NCBI GenBank assembly: GCA_001179505.1
Contig: CDMY01000388.1
Span: 26,234-90,233, forward strand
DNA length: 64,000 bases
Source: Vitrella brassicaformis CCMP3155
Lineage: Eukaryota; Protista; Chromerida
Direction of reading: 5' to 3'
Shown here: piece after piece, positions 35,525-47,870 of the stretch
Layout of the letters: every line of letters starts with the position of its first letter
Numbering within the stretch: the first letter of the stretch is position 1
The notes under the pieces: generated by a model
What the model was told of the DNA's origin: nothing
Database searches by the model: none
The model's input: only the letters and a program-made list of their open reading frames with translations
Position numbers and translations under genes: made by a program

Positions 35525-38500
35525 ATGAGGGTCTTCTTGGTTTGTGTGGTGCTCACCACTGTGACTGCGGTCTGTCCCGCTGACTCCAGCTGCAGCACCC
35601 GCCGTTCACTGCAAAGCACCACCGGCCCTTCAGGCACTGCAGCTCCCCTTGAGAGCATCTGGAATGTGAGCAGGACGACAAGAACACACGCGACATGCAC
35701 TGTAATGGTCCTTGTTCATTGCAGGCAACCAAGGCCGTCAAGGACATGATCAAGACCAAAATCACCGGCCTGAGTCGCCTGGCAGGGCATTCCCACACCC
35801 ACAGCCACGGCCGCCGCGCTCGGCGGCTGTCGGTCCCACAAACTTTGGCGAACGATGCGGCGCCGGCCAAGGACGCCCTCGGCCGCATTCGCAACATGAC
35901 CAAAGCCCTCGTCAATTCCGCCAAGGGCGCGCTGAAGGGGTCATCGGATGGCAGACGTAGGAGGCTGCAGATCCCGCAGGGCCCAAACCCACTGCTCTCG
36001 ATACAGAACGAGACGCAGAGTGTCAAGGACATCATCAAGAGCAGGCTGGGAGGATTGGGGCGGAGAATGCAGGAGACAGCCTTCTCTGACAAGTATCTGG
36101 ATTCGCTTAACCTGACAGAGGCCGTTAAGGAGCAGATCAGGAGCAGGGTGCCCTTCACGAGACGTCGATTGCAGTTCTCTGACGAGGACTTGGATGTCCT
36201 GAACCTGACAGAGGCCGTTAAGGAGCAGATCAGGGGCAAGGCGCCCTTCACGAGACGTCGACAGCTGCAGAGCAGCAACGCAACCACCACCACTACAGCG
36301 ACGCCAGCAACCACCGAAGCTCCCGAAGCCACAACGAATGATGGCCCCTGCCAGAGCCCTTGTGAGTCAGCGCCAACGAATCCACATGCCCGCCGTGTAC
36401 GTGACTTTGTCGGTGTGTGTGCGTCCATACAGGCACGAGCAAGCAGTGGGGCGATTGTGTCGTCAAGCCAGCTGACTTCGCGGCGGAGATCGACATGCTG
36501 GCTGGTGCTGACCTCCGCGCGATCGCCAACCAGACAGCGTATTGTCGGCACTTCACTTCTCGCGACTGCCCGGAGAGCACAGGAGACTGCGAATACAACA
36601 AAGACGACGAATGTAAGCCGATTCCCGCAGGCATGGGAAAAACACAGACCTGTCTCTCTGTGCGTCGTCCCTTGTCCTGTTGGCTGTCAGCCCGCGATGC
36701 TTCGGACAAGTACCTCGACCCGTTCTGGGGACCGGCCACGTGTCGGCCCACCATAGACTGCGGCATCCACGGCGACGATGACAAAACCGCGTGTGAGGCC
36801 ATTTCGGGCTGCAAGTGGCACGGACACGAGGGCAGCGACAGCGGCGAGGGCGACTGCAGGGCAGAGTGGACAAGCGCTTACGAGGACAAGCTCGTGGGCG
36901 AGGCAGCCGTGTGCAAGCAGTTTGTGCCGCTTTTCTACTGCGAGTCGCTGCCAAAGGCCGAGTGCGACGCGGACCAAAGTAAGTGAGCCTGCCTGCGGGA
37001 CATATGTCTCCATGTCTACGTGCATGTGCCATCCAGATTGCGAGTATCGGGCCTGGGGTGAGGATGGCGAGTGTGCTGTGAAGGACTCGGTTGAGGAAGC
37101 CCTGGAGCGAGAGATGGATGACATCAGCGACCTCTCCATGTGCGGCCCTCACGTGCGTTGCCGCCACATCGGCCTCTCGCTCCAGGAGACCTGCGAGGCG
37201 GACCTCGCCTGCGGCTGGTATGCCTTCGGCCCCGACGCACCTGGCTTGGGGGTCTGCTTCGCACACCCGGCGGTGCTCGTTGCCCATCCTGACTTTGTGG
37301 ACTTGTCGACGGACGCTTGCAAGGCCAAATATGGCTTCCATGCAGTGCCCTGGAACTGCATGTACCAGAGTGCTATGGCGAATGATGGGGGGAAGACTTG
37401 CTATGCTGACGGCGCGTGCACTCTCCTCTGCGAGGAGTGGACCAGTGGGGGCCTCTCGTCGTGCACGGCCAATGGTAAATGAGTACAACTGATGGATGGA
37501 TGACCCAATACAGCCTCTCGCTCACTGTCATTGCCGCTCCACCCACAGAGACTTATCTGTACCCCATGCTCTTCGGCGAGGAATTCTACAAAGCACGTAC
37601 GTCACCCATAGGGCACGGAGACATCATGACACGGATACGTCCTTCCTCCCTTCGTTGGCCCTTCCCTTTATGTGTGCTGCAGTCGACATGGTCGACCGAA
37701 TGGACGCATGCCAGTCTCAAGTTGACGACCAAGCCACGTCTCCATACGAAGAAGAGGTGACCACCGCGACCTGGCTGACCCAGGAGCAACAGTTCAAAGA
37801 GAAATGCCCCAACATGATCGACCCCCGCACCGTGACAGTTGACACTTCGAGTGACCCACTCCCCGACACCATCGCACGGGCACAGACCGCCGCCGCCTTC
37901 GAGCCACCCAGCAAGTGCCTCCAGGCGAATGGGTGCAAGGCCCTCGAGAGCGGGGCTTGCGTGCCTGATGCCGCCAACTTCACGAGTCGCGTGAACGCTC
38001 TGAGCGACAGTGCCAAGGATTTCTTGCTGAAAGGCTTGGAGTGTGCGAACATTGAGACGGAGGGATCGTGCACGGGGGACTGCCAATGGGTGGGGACCTC
38101 GTGCAACATGAAGGATGACGTGGCCATGAAGCTGGTCAGCATTCCCCTTCCACAGAGAGACGGAGAGATACAGCCCATTTCTTGTCGCTCCCATTGTGTG
38201 CAGCTGTACGGTGTGGACTCGTGTGGTCCCGGTACACAGAGAAGCAATCGACCAAGCAAACTGAGCACGAGCAGCAATGAAGGTGGTGATCGTTCTGTTT
38301 TGCAGGGTTGGACTGCATCACGGCGCAGACCAAGGATACATGCCTCGCGACACCCGAGTGCCACTGGGACGAGTCGGACCAAGAGTGTGAAATCAGCTGG
38401 AGCGCTATGAGAGACGCGGCAATCGGGACCGACGGGAAGTGCGAGAAATACGCCCCCCTGGTTGAATGCGGCAGGCTGACGGCGGCTCAGTGCAACGCCA

Positions 38501-39608
38501 CGATAGGCTGCGAGTACAAGAGCTATGGCGGCGATGGCTGGGAGTGCGAAGCGGTGGCCATGTCGGGAAGGGGAACAGGGCGGATGGTTGACGATGTTCT
38601 TTTGTGGGTTGAATTGCAGAGAGAGGACCTGAGACGCCAGCTGGAGAAAGAGTACAAGAAGGAGGAGCCTTCGGATCTTCGCACATGCGGCCCAGAAGTG
38701 CGGTGCCACACAATGGCCAACGACAAGGTGAGTGGGTCCGAGTGTCCGTGTGGGTAGCTCCATGTCAGTGTCTCGCGATGGGTGTGTGTGGCAGAGTCTG
38801 TGCAACCGTGACAAGGGATGCTTCCACATCGACTGGTGGTGTGGCTACTGCGGTGCCTCGCCTGTGGTCAGCCACTCATGCCACTCATGCCAAGGACTGG
38901 GAAAAGGAATAGGGAGACATTCATTTGTGACTCTCCGTGAATGTGATGCAGGCCATGTTCGGCTACCCAGGCCTATTCCACCTCTCCAATTCTGGCTGCA
39001 AGCGTCTGCTGGGCATGTTCATGCTGCCCGGACAGTGCGCCGTCGAGGTGAGACATGCACGCCACTTACATGGACAGGCAGACCGACGGACACAGAGAGA
39101 GAGACGCTCTCTCTTTGGCATGCTGTCAGCACTATCTCGCCGAGGACGATGGAAAGACGTGTTTGTCAAATGGAGCCTGTGAACTCTGGTGCAGCGGCCA
39201 CTCCAACGAGACCGAATGCAGAGCCAACAGTAAGTGACCAAGACAAAGAGGAGAGAGAAGACCATGCAGGCACCCACTCATGTGCTCCTACATGCAGCCA
39301 CGGCGATAGGGGAGAACCTTCTGCGCCTCTCGGCAGCCGCCGAGGACCTCTACGAGCAGATGGTGGCCTGCGGTGAGGCCTATGAATCCGAGGAAGAGCA
39401 GTGGTGGGACAGCTGGCAGGATCCTAAGATGATTCTCATTAACACGGCCAACACCACTGAGCTGGAGCGCGCCGTCGACTATTGCGGCACCCTCACCGAC
39501 CCCAACACCGTCACGCAGAGCACGTATGAGCAGTCCTTGACGTCGACTGTGAATGCCGCATCGGATGCCGGGACTTATACGCCAACGGCAGAATCGATGA
39601 AGTGCTGA
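35525..39608 (+). CDS. Large secreted cysteine-rich protein with an RRL-punctuated repetitive pro-region
   Basis: Signal peptide MRVFLVCVVLTTVTAVCPA; repeats ending in RRL/RRLQ; Thr-rich linker; many CxxxxxCxW/Y units (CEAISGCKW, CEADLACGW, CLATPECHW, CTGDCQW, CNATIGCEY). An internally duplicated Cys block (CGPHVRC versus CGPEVRC; DGGKTC versus DDGKTC). Stop at 39606-39608. Confidence 0.75.
36082..36270 (+). repeat. Two 93-nt coding tandem repeats (FSDxxLDxLNLTEAVKEQIRxxxPFTRRR(Q)LQ)
   Basis: Units start at 36082 and 36175. Confidence 0.92.
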
Positions 39609-40219
39609 TACTTGATGCTGGCATGACTATGTTCGTAGCCACCTGGCCATTGCAATTGTAGCTAGTTGACTGTCTGGACCGTCCGTCTTCTTTGTAGCTC
39701 ACGTGCTGTCCCTTTTGTAGTTTGCGTGTATGTGCTAGCCGACAAAAGACACACGCACGTCTCTCATGTCTCTGTCCTATCTACATGGGCAAAGATCTCT
39801 GTCTGTGTGATGTGCATGTACGTGCGGGTGTGGGTTCTGCACTCTGTGTGGTTTGTGTTAATAGACCCTGCATGTCAACTGATCGATTGACTGCGGGCTG
39901 TGTGTCTCAAGCACCAAGAGATAGGGGGGAGGAAATTTAAAACAACACAGACTTGAAAAATCCGCGCACACGCACACGTAAGCATGCAGATGCGCACACA
40001 CAGACGCCTTCAGCAAAGAGCTACCCTATGCAAACTACACCCTCGCACAAGGCGGCGGTTATAAGACAAGATCGATCAAAGACATTTTCGGCTTAAGTAA
40101 TACTCTTTCGATCTCCCTCTACACCCCCGCCCTCCTCACACATTCATGCGCGGGAAGGGGGAAGCTAGATTAGGGACCTTGCGGGTCAAGGACCCGCTTA
40201 CGTTGTAAATGTTGAAGAG

Positions 40220-42560
40220 CTACTGAAATGGGCCCGGGTATCCAAGGTAGCCAGCCAAATTGAGCCCGTTCACCTGAAAAGACAAAAGCACACGTCTACA
40301 GGTCCCAGAGATACACAGGTAAGTGCATACGTTAGGTTGGAATGGCAACATGGCAGGGGCGGGAGCAGCGACGGGTGCGGCCATGCCATATGGAACCTGA
40401 GACATACCGGCAAGTAGACATTGTCTTGACATGGTTCCCCTCCCTCCTTAGGTACCGGGGGTGGCACTGCAGGCGCTGCAGCCGCTGCAGCTGCCGCCGG
40501 TGCGGGGGCCTGCCCAAGCTGAAGGGGAGCATTTGGGTCGACATAAGGACGCGCTGACACAAAACGAAAAGTGACAGCAATGACGCCCTCCGTGTGAGTC
40601 GTCAGTCGGCGCACCTTGCCCGGGATTCTGCTCGTTGACACAGCCGCCAAAGGGGCCAAAGCCGCCGAAATGAGCGGATTTCTGAGGGAAGATGCAAAAG
40701 TGGACGCGCATGCATAGCCGGAAAGTTGTGCACGTGACCGCGAAGGGCTTACGTCAGCCAGCGTGAGTCGCTGCCCACAAATGTAGCAGAAGTACGTACC
40801 CCCTTGCGGCCCGCATCGTGGTGACTGCATCGACAAAGCCATCCACAGCTGCTGTCAGTAAATGCAGTCGAGCTTTCGTGACCTACAACGCATGTCATGA
40901 AGTTGCAGCATTCTGCTCTCTCGCACATTACGCCACACTCGGGGCATCTCTGCACACAAAATGCACCGGCTTATATCGCTTCCAAGCTCAAAGCAGCCAT
41001 TCGTCCGTACCTTCCATCTCTGCTGTGCCGCAATCCGGTTGAAGGCCTGCTCGCCTTGGTTGTTCTCCAGCTTCCACTGTCGGTATTGCTCGCACGTGCC
41101 ATCATGGGCCTACATGAAGACGTACAGTGCTGGTATGCAGTTATCTGTCCATTCCTAAGTTACGTTCTCCGAGCAGTGGGGACAGAACTCCTTGTTGCAT
41201 TTCGGATATTTCACCTGATAATCAATGGACACAGCGCAGCAGTGTGCCTGTGTAGTGCAGACCTTCTTCAGTGTCTTGTCGATGATGAACGTGGCACAAT
41301 TGGGAGCAGGGCACGTGCTGCATCACATTCAGAGGACACTCCAGCCATTTCGTCTCTCATAATGCGCGTCCTTTAAGCTTACACTTTCATCTCGCCTTCG
41401 TCCAGGGGCTCCCACTGATCAAAGCTGCAGCCAAACAACAGACGTAATTGCTCCAGAGAGGGTGCGTCCAAGCATTTGTACCGAAATCGATCGAACTTCT
41501 CTTGGTCTGCGGCAGACAGGGCCCCCATTATCTGCGGCACGCTCAGCTCCTGAACGCACAGACGACAGACAAACGATGCAAGCGCCTCCGCCATTTCTGT
41601 CTCCCTTTACCATTGCACACGGCCGCCCTTCCGGGTCCAACCCGGGACACCTCAGCTCAGTCGCTGCGAACAACGGACACAGAGACATACAGACAGGTAC
41701 ATTGAGTCACACAATGAAGATGGCAGTTACGTGAGACTTTCCTGTCCTTGACCATTGACTCCACATGTCGGGCGAAACAAACGCTGCAGTCAAAATGCAC
41801 CAGCCGATGGATGTCTCCCAATGGTGTCTCTCCTTATTCACTTGCAAAAGCGATGGCCGCAATCCAGTTCAGTCGATTCTTCAACGTGCCAGCTATCTTG
41901 ACATATCGGACACTCGAACTCCCGGGGCTGTGAAGGCTCTGCAGGTTCGTCATCTGCAGCACGCAAAAGGGACACACATGTGCATGAGTTCAGTGAATTC
42001 AGAAAACCGACGCTCACCGAAATTCTGCAGAGCCGTAGCCAGCAGCTCTTGCTCCTTGTCGAACCACTCCTGGGCTCCGACGCAAAACATGCGCTCGTCT
42101 TCAGTCAGCAGGACGCCAGGACACTCGGGGCACGGCGCAGCGTTGTTGATGAAGTCTCCGTCTGGTGTGTTGGCCATGATGTGATGGCGGATGCACGGGC
42201 GGCAGAAGGCGTGCAGGTGACACGCTGGCATGATGACCTCATCCCTCCTGAACTCGCCATAGCACATCTGGAACCATCATCGCACCAGAGCAACACACGT
42301 GTATACATGAATGCATACTGGCTGGCTACATTTCCTTACCACACAAAACATTCCGTCATAACGCGCAGGCGCGGCAGCTGCTGCAGCTACCGGTGCGGCC
42401 GCTGCGGCTGCAGCCGGTACGGCAGCTGCAGCTGCAGCCGGCACTCCAGGCTGTGGCACCCTGACGACGAGAGGAAGATATACAATTCGTACGGTGGCTG
42501 GGGACATGACTCACCAGCTTTGGAAGCGCTCCAGCTCCTCGTCTGAGTGCGCAAAGCGAC
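40220..42560 (-). CDS. RBR (RING1-IBR-RING2) E3 ubiquitin ligase with an extra N-terminal RING (copy A; start not located)
   Basis: In-phase splicing gives FCV|MCYGEF..ACHLHAFCRPC..APCPEC (RING), FECPICQD..LDCGHRFC|NVC..LRCPG..PC (RING1), TCPAPNC..VKYPKC..FCPHC..HDGTC (IBR) and RCPECGVMCERAECCNFMTC..C..TYFCYICG..HF..GC (RING2). Stop TAG at 40220. Confidence 0.85.
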
Positions 42561-43258
42561 ACAGTGCGTCACAATCGCGCCTCCCTGCATCCATCAAACA
42601 GCCATCAAACACATACATCACGATCACTCTGCCAACTTGAACCTATTCCGCACCTTCTCTGTCCATCCGGTTGCACATGGTTGGGTGTCCCCTGAGTTCC
42701 TGCCTACTGTGTGCGTTTGTGCATCTACCGGCGTACTGGCACCTGCCAACCTGCAGGTGATCACAGACAGAGAATCTGACCTTCCCCCGGACCTCATCTC
42801 CCCGACAAACATACCTGGATGTATTGCACGCACATCCTTGTTTTGTGCAGCGGATGGCGGTTCATCTGGCGGGTATGACGATTCCGACATTCTTCGCCAA
42901 ACCGGCACGCTCCCTGACAGACAGAAAGGACTGACTGACTGACTGACATGTGAGCTGGGGGGGTCTTCGTGCTCACCCTGAGGAAGAACGTGCACACTGG
43001 TCTGTCCCCTCCATCTCGGTCGTGGCTCCCGTTTCCTCGCTGCGTGGCAACACGGACACACACACTCAACAGTGGCACACAGAGTCATACAAGTGTCCGC
43101 CACGCAACATCGACATCAGATACGCACCTCGCTCATCGCGGGGGAATGGAGTGGCCCTGGGAGGAGAGATCTATCAAGATCAGGCTGACGACAGAACGTG
43201 TGAAGCGTTTTGATCCGATTCGGCTCTAACCCACAGTGAACACCAATTCATGTCTGAC

Positions 43259-43560
43259 AGAACTATCGAGGTTATGGTGGAGTTTGAGGGCGGCGGATGC
43301 TTTACGGAAGTGCCGCTGAATGTGGGATGGACTGTCAACGAGGCAGTCGGAGAATTGTTGCCGAAAAGGCAGGGGAGTCCTGACCCAAAGTAATAACTCC
43401 CCTGCCTTCCACTGCTTTCCAATTGCTGCCGTCCACTCCATAGCGTCCACTCATCGGGTTGTGTGAATGTCAGCCTATACAGGCTCTTTCTTGTCCGAAG
43501 AGAAGGTGCCGCATTTGATTCAGAAGGCGTGCCCGTGCAAGACTTGTCGCTGCTGCAACA
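43259..43560 (+). CDS. Possible ubiquitin-like (beta-grasp) exon pair of an unidentified gene
   Basis: TIEVMVEFEGGGCFTEVPLNVGWTVNEAVGELLPKRQGSPDP|NLYRLFLVRREGAAFDSEGVPVQDLSLLQQ, joined in phase by a GT-AG intron. Fold guessed from pattern only. Confidence 0.3.
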
Positions 43561-44977
43561 AGGTTTGTCCCTCATACACCACTATGTCTCTTTCTGGTGT
43601 CAGTTGGAGTGTCCGATGTAGGCGATTATGTCAGTTTGAGGCGCATTGGACCTACGCCCCTGGTAGGGGAGAGGAGAGGGAGAGAAAGGGAATTCAGCGC
43701 TCTTCGTCCTCGCTTTTTTGGCCTCTGCATTTAGGAAATGGAGAGCACGGATTTGAGTCAGAGAATAAGGAGTCAGAGAATGGGAAAAATCATTTTTTGT
43801 GCGTGCAGAGAGACAGCGAGCGGCGACGGCTGCAGAAACACGTCGAGACAGTGACCGTAGGCTGAGAGACACATTGCAGTACCAGATGGGCGATGTTGTA
43901 ATACAACTTTTGTGGGTGCAGCTTTTTGGGTCATCCTCGAGAGGAGGAAAAGAGAGGAGAAGGCGCGGCGTGAGGCTATTAGGAGGAAAGCCGTCGAAGA
44001 TTTCTTAGCACGGTTCGCGCTTTGACGACAATGCTCTTCACGGTTAACACATGCTGTTTGCTGTCTGTGAATTTAGGCGTGCACCGGCGGCTTCAGTGAG
44101 AGACACGGTACGCAAAATTCTGTGATGTCTACCCCTGATTTCCTGTTATCATTCATTTTGTAAGGTTCCTGACGTTTCAGCTCTGTCTCCGTTATCCCAA
44201 ACCTTGGCTCCCACTGTCACACCCGTCACTACTGGGAGTCCCACCGCTTCTTCTGCTTTGGCCCGCTCATTTAGCGACACGACTTTGGTGTCCTCTACTT
44301 TGTCCTCTTCAATGTTTCGACGCCGCATCTGTCATGTGAGCAAATGCACCGTGCATGATGATGAATGTACCCTATGTGCATTTGTATTTGTAAGCCGGAG
44401 TCGGAGACGCCTAATGACGCCTCCCCTCAGTCATGTGACATATACAACAAGCGCGATGAGGACCATCTCGTATGGTACATCATGTCTTTCCAAGCAACAT
44501 CAGCTCTAATGCTTGTCTCTCTTTATCAGGCAAATGGAGCTTTTCGCTACCATCTAATGAGCCGCCCGGCAGCAGAGACATAAGATACATGTGACATGTG
44601 TATGTGCGATTGAACTCCATCGACACTCCTCTGCGTCTCTAAGGTCTTTCTGTTGCATGCGTAGACGGATCATTGGTCGATGAAAGAGCCAAAAAAGCGA
44701 CTCGATGTCTGTCTGTCTGTCTGCATGTCTCCCTTCCTCTCCCTCAGGCCTCGGATGCCCCACACACATGTGCAGCTGTCCCATCCACTGTTTGAACGAT
44801 CAAATGCCTTCCAAACGACGTCGATTGACAGGCACATCAAACATCAGCATCAAACACGGTGTTGATGCTTGATGCTGCCGAGCACACGTTGGGGTAGCAA
44901 TGTGGCCATTGCAATCGGCTAGGACTCCCTAGACACTTCACCCCTTCTGTACTTCGCATGCTGTGCGTGCGTCGATT

Positions 44978-45190
44978 CTCAGCGCTCACCTTCAGTCAGC
45001 AGGACGCCAGGACACTTGGGGCACGGCGCAGCGTTGTTGATGAAGTCTCCGTCTGGTGTGTAGGTTGGCGATCTACAGGCGGCAGAAGGCGTGCAGGTGA
45101 CACGCTGGTGTGATGACCTCATCCCTCCTGAACTCGCGATTGCACCTCTGGAAGCACCATCGCACGCAGAGCATCCTCTTTCACAGTTTT
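44978..45190 (-). pseudogene. Isolated, disabled fragment of the extra-RING exon of the RBR gene (copy B)
   Basis: CNREFRRDEVITPACHLHAFCRL* then a frameshift to TPDGDFINNAAPCPKCPGVLLTEGER*. High nucleotide similarity to 42100-42270. Confidence 0.85.
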
Positions 45191-45525
45191 TGGCCACCAG
45201 CGAAATGAGGGGGGACAAAGATATCCTCTGAGACTGACGTGTGGGTGTCTGTTTTTGCCGTGCTTTTCGCACAAACAGAACGAGAAAAGAAACACATCAA
45301 TTGATCACACTGATTGCGAGACAGGGGAGAGAAGAGGAGGTTTAAAGAAATCCGCTCACTTCACACACACACACACCCACACACGTACACACGAAAAGAA
45401 GCTGGAGCTGGAGACATGGAAGCAGTCGCCTAGCCTCGCTGACAGTCCCATCACACACAATCGTCTTAGAAAAACAACGGGACACGAGAACGACAGCGAG
45501 AACCCCCCCTTCAAAGATTCCAGCA

Positions 45526-47870
45526 TCAATCAAGGACCTCGCGGATTGAGCTGTTGATACTGGCAAAGACCCACATGACCACCAATCGTGTCGGGCGTGT
45601 GTGTGTTTCCGTCGCCTGTACCTGAAATGGACCTGGGTATGGGTGTCGAGCCACAATAGGGGGCGGCTGCAATGGACGCGGGTGTCCTGCCACCTGAAGA
45701 GACACAAGCATTCGCATGTGCCAAGGTCGAGCGGATGGATAGCTATGTAGGTAGGTAGACAAGTGCAGACGTACGTTGAGTTGGAGTGGCGGTGGAGGTG
45801 CGGGCGGGGCGACGGGCCCAAATTGAGGAGTCGGCTGCCGCGGACGAGGAAATCCAGCGACTCCCCAATTGGGTGGGAGGGGAAGGAGAGCAGGTGCGGC
45901 TTGGACTGGCAGATGAGCATGTGCGACGATGATGGCAGGCGGTGCAGGCGCAGCGATAGGCGGGATGGCGATGGGAGGAATGAAGGGCTGTGGAGGGACA
46001 GCCATGGGCGGCATCACAGCTGCCGCAGCTGCGGCGGCAGCGGCTCGAGGAATGGCGGGCAAGGCAGGTCTTGGCGCAGCCGCGGGGGCCACGTTGCCAT
46101 GGTCTTGTCGAATCGGGGCATCTGGGTCAACATAGGGGCGCCCTGACAAAAAACACGAAAAGTGACAACAATGAGGCCCTCCTTAGGAGAAGGCATGTGA
46201 GTCGTCAGTCGGCGCACCTCGCCCACGGTTCTGCTCGTTGACGCAGCCGTCCCCGAGTGGGCCATTGACGCCGAAATGATTGAAGTGTTGAAAGGCGTGT
46301 GCATGTGTTGCCGGCCATTGTGCGTTTGAGGTGCGTCTCGCTGTCTCACCTCATCCTGTGTGAGCCGCTGCCCGCATAGGTAGCAGAAGTACGTACCCCC
46401 TCGGGCCATACACTGTCGTGACTGCAGACACACAGAATGCCAGCCACAGCTGCATGTGGGTGCAACTAAAGCACTTCGCACATCGCATGTCATGAAATTG
46501 CAGCCTGCTTCTTTCTCCACCATCACGCCACACTCGGGGCACCTCTGCACTCAAAGCAACGTCGCTTGTATGGCTTCTAAGCTAAAGCAAGCACTCGTCC
46601 GTACCTTCCATCTCTCCGGTGCCGCAATCCGGTTGAAGGCCTGCTCTCCATGATTGTTGTCCAGCTTCCACTGCTGGTATTGCTCGCACGTGCCATCATG
46701 GGCCTACATGAAGACGTACAGTGCTGGTATGCAGTTATCTGTCCATTCCTAAGTTACGTTCTCCGAGCAGTGGGGACAGAACTCCTTGTTGCATTTCGGA
46801 TATTTCACCTGATAATCAATGGACACAGCGCAGCAGTGTACCTGTGTTTTTCTCCCTTGCCACGAGTGCAGACCTTCTTCAGTGTTTTGTCGATGATGAA
46901 CGTGGCACAATTGGGAGCAGGGCACGTGCTGCATCACATTCAGAGGACACTCCAGCCATTTCGTCTCTCATAATGCGCGTCCTTTAAGCTTACACTTTTA
47001 TCTCGCCTTCGTCCAGTGGCTCCCACTGATCAAAGCTGCAAATAACAGACGTAATTGCTGCAGAGAGGGTGCGTCCAAGCATTTGCACCGATATCGGAGG
47101 TATTTCTCTCGGTCTGCGGCACACAGGGCCCCCATTATCTGCGGCACGCTCAGGCCCTGAACGCACAGACGACAGACAAAGGATGCAAGGGCCTCCGCCG
47201 CTCTGTGTCCGTTTACCATTGCACACGGCTGCCCATCAGAGTCGAAGCCGGGACACCTCAGCTCAGTCGCTGCGATCAGGGGAGACACAACTTGCTACGG
47301 CCATGCTCTCAGTGCGTGCAATAAGAATGACACCTACTTGAGACCTTCGCCTCGTCGACCTTTGACTTCACATATCGGGCGAAACAGTCACTGGCGGGAT
47401 GGAACGTCATTCCCACCCAGTAGTTTAGTGCGTCCGTGTCTCTCTTCTCATTTACTTGCAGATGCGATGGCCGCAGTCCATCTCGGTGGACTCCCCGACA
47501 TGTCTGTCATCCCGGCATATCATGCACTCGAACTCTCGAGACGTCGACTGCAGCTCTTCGGAATCTATATGACACGCAGCAATCAATAAATGTCACAGAA
47601 ATCAATAAATGTCACACACCATGACGCTTTGCTTGCATACCCAGGCTCTCCAGGATGGTGGCCAGCTCTCTCTCTTCCTCTTCGTCTCGCAGCTCTTGCT
47701 CCCTGTTGGCCCAGTCCTGGGACCCCACGCAGAAAGAGCGCTGTGGCTCAGTCAACAGGACGCCAGGACACTCGGGGCACGGCGCAGCGTTGTTGATGAA
47801 GTCTCCGTCTGGCGTGTTGCCCCTTTGGATGATGACCTCATCCCTCCTGAACTCGCCAGGCATCTGAACA
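45526..47870 (-). CDS. RBR E3 ligase paralogue (copy C) with a deleted first RING; possibly decaying
   Basis: RING1 FECMICRD..MDCGHRIC|NDC, an IBR exon block almost identical to copy A, and RING2 RCPECGVMVEKEAGCNFMTC..YFCYLCG. The first RING has lost MPACHLHAFCRPCIRHHIMA (replaced by IQRG). The acceptor before the HFG..GC exon reads ttcaa instead of ctcag. Confidence 0.75.

Noticed and set aside
36082-36270. Regular direct repeats (93 nt here, 144 nt at 34690-35100) as a CRISPR-like array
   Set aside because: The unit lengths are multiples of three, in frame within ORFs and without unique spacers. The genome is eukaryotic and has no cas genes.
40181-40197. Perfect hairpin GCGGGTC-AAG-GACCCGC (also an imperfect hairpin at 44831-44879)
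   Set aside because: Short, isolated stems with no U-tract or family features. Intrinsic terminators do not apply to a eukaryotic nuclear locus, and such stems arise by chance.
44150-44330. Short minus-strand ORF MRRRNIEEDKVEDTKVVSLNERAK...
   Set aside because: About 59 codons, with no splice context or recognisable motif.
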